DNA of 63,468 bases, counting the filler, from Octopus bimaculoides (Eukaryota), in NCBI RefSeq assembly GCF_001194135.2. It is 6 parts of 6 records of this genome, joined end to end, with 100 filler letters (N's around TTAATTAATTAA, not from the genome) between each part and the next. Parts side by side here need not be neighbours in the genome. Positions count along the whole stretch, not along the records: positions 58,042 to 63,468 come from NC_068982.1; 5 more parts are not named here. One strand, given 5' to 3'. Positions 59,521-63,468 of this stretch are shown in pieces. The translations under genes and the position numbers were made by a program. The notes beneath the pieces were generated by a model, which was not told the DNA's origin, ran no database searches, and saw only the letters and a list, made by a program, of their open reading frames with translations. Numbering within the stretch: position 1 is the first letter of the stretch; each line of letters starts with the position of its first letter.

Positions 59521-62500
59521 AATATGCCCAGGTCTCGCATTGACTGTGTCTCTAGGATTGCAATCCCTCCAGGTCCAGTGTATTTAATTGGTATTGCATT
59601 TAGTTTTGCATGCTGATAACACAAGGCTTGAAACCTTTCAGCATTAAGCTGCATGCTATTCTTTTCATCCAACTCACATTGCAGGTGCATAGTGTCTTCA
59701 GAGTTCTGTATCACCTGTGAGACTTTTGTATCATCTGCATAACTTTTGATCATGGTTCTGTGTGGCTGAGGGCATATCTGAGAGGGCCATTATGAACAGT
59801 AGTGGTCCCAAAACAGTGCCTTGCGGAACACCACTCACTATTTGCATGTAATTAGAGGTGGCCCCATTGGCTACTACCACCTGACTTCTATCCTTCAGAA
59901 AGTCATGCAGCCATTCTCTGAATTTCCCAACTATGCCAAGATCATGCAGTTTGTGACATATCATTCCATGATAGACTTTTTCGAAGGCTTTTGCAAAGTC
60001 AAGATATATCACTTCCACATTTGAGTGGTTCAGCAGCTGTTTCAACAACCAGTCATAGTGTTGTAAGAGTTTAGTAAGGCAGCTTAGTTGGAAATCATGT
60101 TGTGTGTCAGTCAGCAAGTCATTTTCTTCAAGGAAGGTGATTAGTTTTCTTCTGATTATTTGTTCCAGGACTTTGCTGGTGTACGTGGTCAGAAAGATAG
60201 GTCTGTAGTTTTTGACTTCTGCTCTGCTACCTCCTTTATGAATAGGGCATATTTTACTCTCCTTCAGCTTGCTTGGAAGTTTCCCAGTTGCAAGGAAGCT
60301 CTGAAAGAGGGACTGCAGTGGTTTTGCTAGGGCTCGCTTTCATTCTTTTTGAAGGATTGCATCAAGACCAGTAACTGAGTTCGGGTTCATTTCATCTATA
60401 TCCCTTATTATATCTTCTTTTATATTGATATAATCAATCATCATTGCCTCTGATTTTATATCTGGAGTGGTAAAAATGTCAGCTGAATTGCAAGTTTCCT
60501 AGAGGTGGAGTGAAAACACTTTTGAATTGCTCATTTAGTATTTCACTTATGCTCATTGGGTTTCCTGTGAGTGAACCAACTTTTTCGAGGAGTGGCCCTA
60601 TCTTGCTATACACTGAGGCTGTTTCTTGGACAAATTTGCAGAAGGCTCTGGAGTTAGATTTCATATTGTCTATAGCCCAGGCTTCTTTGTCTGCTCTTTC
60701 TTTTTCATGGGAGAGTTGCAGATTTTTTTCAATTTCCAGCAGTTGTATTTTCAGGTGGGATTTCTCACTGCTTTCAATTTGTTTAGGCAATTTGAAATTT
60801 TTGTATGCCGTCTCATAAGAATTTTCCTCTCCCTGGAGATTTTTGTTCTTGTGTACAGTGGTCTTTCTCTCCAGGACACATTTATTTGTAGCATATGGCT
60901 TGCATTACAGACACGAATTGTTGAAGTTTCATATCGATGTCTGGTGAGGAGAAACATTTAGACCAGTTTTGTTTGAGGATCTCTTTCTCAATTTGTTTCC
61001 AGTTTGCCTTTTGGAAGTTCAAGCTGCAAAGATTTTGAGAGTTTCATGTAGGCTGCATGTCCATAGTTTCCTTTGGTCTGTACATGATCAGCTCTACCAT
61101 ATTGTGATCCAAGAGTAGTGTCGGTGTGACTTTCATATTATGGATGAGATCCATATTATTTGTGAAGCAAAGATCCAGTATGTTACTTGCCCTGGTTGGT
61201 TGGAGTACTATTTGTTCTATGTACAAAGTGTTGATGAGGTTCAGGAGGGACTTCACCTGTACTTATTCGCATCACACCATTCCTGGGAGAGAAAGGCTCT
61301 CAGCCCATCCGACATTGAGCAGATTGAAGTTTCCCATAAGAAGTACACTTATGTGTTATTCTAATGTAACTAGAACTTCTTCTATTTTTGTAAGGCAGTC
61401 TCCATGATTCAGAGCATCTGGGTGGGGGTGGGGGCAATATGTAGTACATATAACTACATTGAGTTGTCTTATATGTACAATTAGTGTATCACATACTGAA
61501 TTTGAGTGTGACAAAAGGACCTGGAGTGTGAGGTTTTCGCAGATGTACATAGCAACTCCACCGTGACTCCTCTCTTTTCTGTTAGTTCATAATTCGACAT
61601 ACTGAGGTATGTGTATTTCTGCATTTGCTATATCTGGTTTCAGGTGTCTTTCCATAAGTGCTATGCATAAGGCTTGATTGCATGCAACAAGGTCTCTCAG
61701 GAAAGGAATTTTTGTCCTGTTATTAAGTGTTAACAGTCCTCTGATGTTCAGTAAAAGCACCAATGTGATGTCTGTGTTGTTGCCAGTGGTGTCCACTTTG
61801 GGTCCATTTGCTGTGGTGGTCTTGTGTATTGTGGATAGTCCCACCTGTGAGATTGATGTAGCCAGGTAAGTTGCTGTACAATCTTTTGTACCATGCACAA
61901 AAATAATTGTTGTTCAGCAGCTGCTCTTTCCACAACATGTTGATAGGACTGGTTTGTAGCATGCACTACATCTGTGTATTTCCATTTTAGGGCAGGTGGT
62001 GCGTGGTCCTTTCCTTTTGACAGGTGGCTTCCACCCTGTTTCATGCTGGTGTGCAAAACGGCAGCTTGCATCTCCCTCTGTAAGCCAGCAGACACCTTTC
62101 AAGTAGAATTTGCACATTCATGTCTGCTGCCTCTTTTTATCCTTTTTGTTGTATGGGCAGTCAGATTTGCTTTCTTCAGCTGTTTCATCTTTCATTTTAG
62201 CTCCTTTTGACTGTTCTTTCTTGGCTCTTTCACCTCTATGATTTCTCAGTTGAATGTGGTAGGGGCACATTCACTTGGGTGTATTTTCCTGACAGGTTTC
62301 TCACTGAAACCGTCTTTGTTTCCTTGAGCGTCTACCAAGTGGGGGAGAACATCTTTCATCTACATCTGTGCTTCCATCCTTGTCATCTTTGTGGTGTTCA
62401 TTATCGAAGATTGCATCAAGAGTGCTGATGTGGGATCATATGTGAGCGTAGAAGCGTGTAAACTCCTGCTTCTTTCGTTCTGTCTGTGCTGAAGTTCTTG

Positions 62501-62600
62501 AGTAGCCATTGCTCTTCAGCAATGTTGACCCTCTCTACAAGAATCAATAATCTCGTAAGTCAAAAGCAAAACATAGAGAAAAGACCTTATGTAAATTTCA
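59521..62600 (-). mobile_element. CR1-clade LINE, near full-length but disrupted (ORF1 with CCCH-like finger, APE, RT)
   Basis: LLLNIRGL, HGGVAMY, LDLCFTNN, YLDFAKAFEKV, SGVPQGTVLGPLLF, YADDTK, RDLGIL. Confidence 0.9.
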
Positions 62601-63126
62601 CTTTCTACTTTCGTCTAATAATAGCTATCAATAAATGACAGAAAATGCATGAAGATACTTATCCAGTTTTTCCTAAAAGATGGGTATTTCCAAGGCAGTG
62701 GAAGATTTCAAACTTCTTTTCAAATTATTGTAATACCGTGTACTGCTTAGTACAATACACATGTTTACATTTCGTATATTCTTAAGGGCTTTTTCTTTCT
62801 TTCTCTTCTATATATTACAGATGGTATTTCTTTCAATGTGTTGCATTGTGTTTCACTCATGAGTTATTCAGGTTGTGATTATTTTTTTTTTTCCAATTGA
62901 AAATCAGTTATTTTAAAACTTGTGTAAAATCCACATGTTGTTATTTGCAATGTTTACACTTCACACATTCACAAAAGATTCTTCTTGTTTTATATAGTTC
63001 AATTTGTATTTCTTCAATTCAGGACTTTTTAAGGTTTTTTTTTTTTTGCTGTATAAATTACAGCTTTTTAGAAATTTGTTAGCAATTTTCTGGGAGCTTA
63101 CAAAAGCACATGTTGATCAAAGGCTG

Positions 63127-63158
<32 letters not shown>

Positions 63159-63164
<6 letters not shown>

Positions 63165-63468
63165 GAAGGAGTCATACCCAATGACTGGTGTAGCAGCACC
63201 ATAGTAAACTGCTACAAAGGTAAAGGTGACGCTTTAGACACTAATAATTACAGAGGCATCAAGCTGTTAGATCAGGTTATGAAAGTTACGGAGAGGGTCA
63301 TAGCCCAACTAATTAGGGAGCAAATCAATTTAGATGAGATGCAGTTTGGGTTCGTGCCAGGTAAAAGCACCACTGATGCCATATTTCTAGTGAGACAGCT
63401 GCAGGAGAAATATCTAGCCAAGGATAAACCTCTGTACCTGGCCTTCGTTGACATGGAGAAAGCCTTTG
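63159..63468 (+). mobile_element. RTE LINE RT fragment, same family as 58042-59520
   Basis: HEGVIPNDWCSSTIVNCYKGKGDALDTNNYRGIKLL..FVDMEKAF. Confidence 0.92.

Overview
AT-rich, microsatellite- and transposon-saturated animal DNA. The SINE and LINE types resemble those I recall from Octopus (inference, no search run). The window is not one locus: five identical 100-bp spacers (44 N + TTAATTAATTAA + 44 N) join six scaffolds (1-24818, 24919-30072, 30173-35977, 36078-51374, 51475-57941, 58042-63468). Recognisable content is mostly decayed mobile elements: R4/Dong-like, L1/Tx1-like, RTE and CR1 LINEs, two Penelope-like elements (PLEs), a DD37D Tc1/mariner, several MITEs and many tRNA-derived SINEs. 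There is no complete host gene. One host exon is convincing (54658-54818) and several are weaker candidates. I cannot demonstrate a new biological system. The best leads are degenerate minimal hammerhead-ribozyme motifs in PLE termini, a PLE with twin-priming-like inversion geometry, a CCA-bearing tRNA-Pro retrocopy, a Cys/Trp-motif exon behind a quadruple NAG acceptor, and a CRE/E-box cluster upstream of a low-complexity exon candidate. Most long ORF-track entries are artefacts of N runs or microsatellites. Boundaries of decayed elements are approximate.
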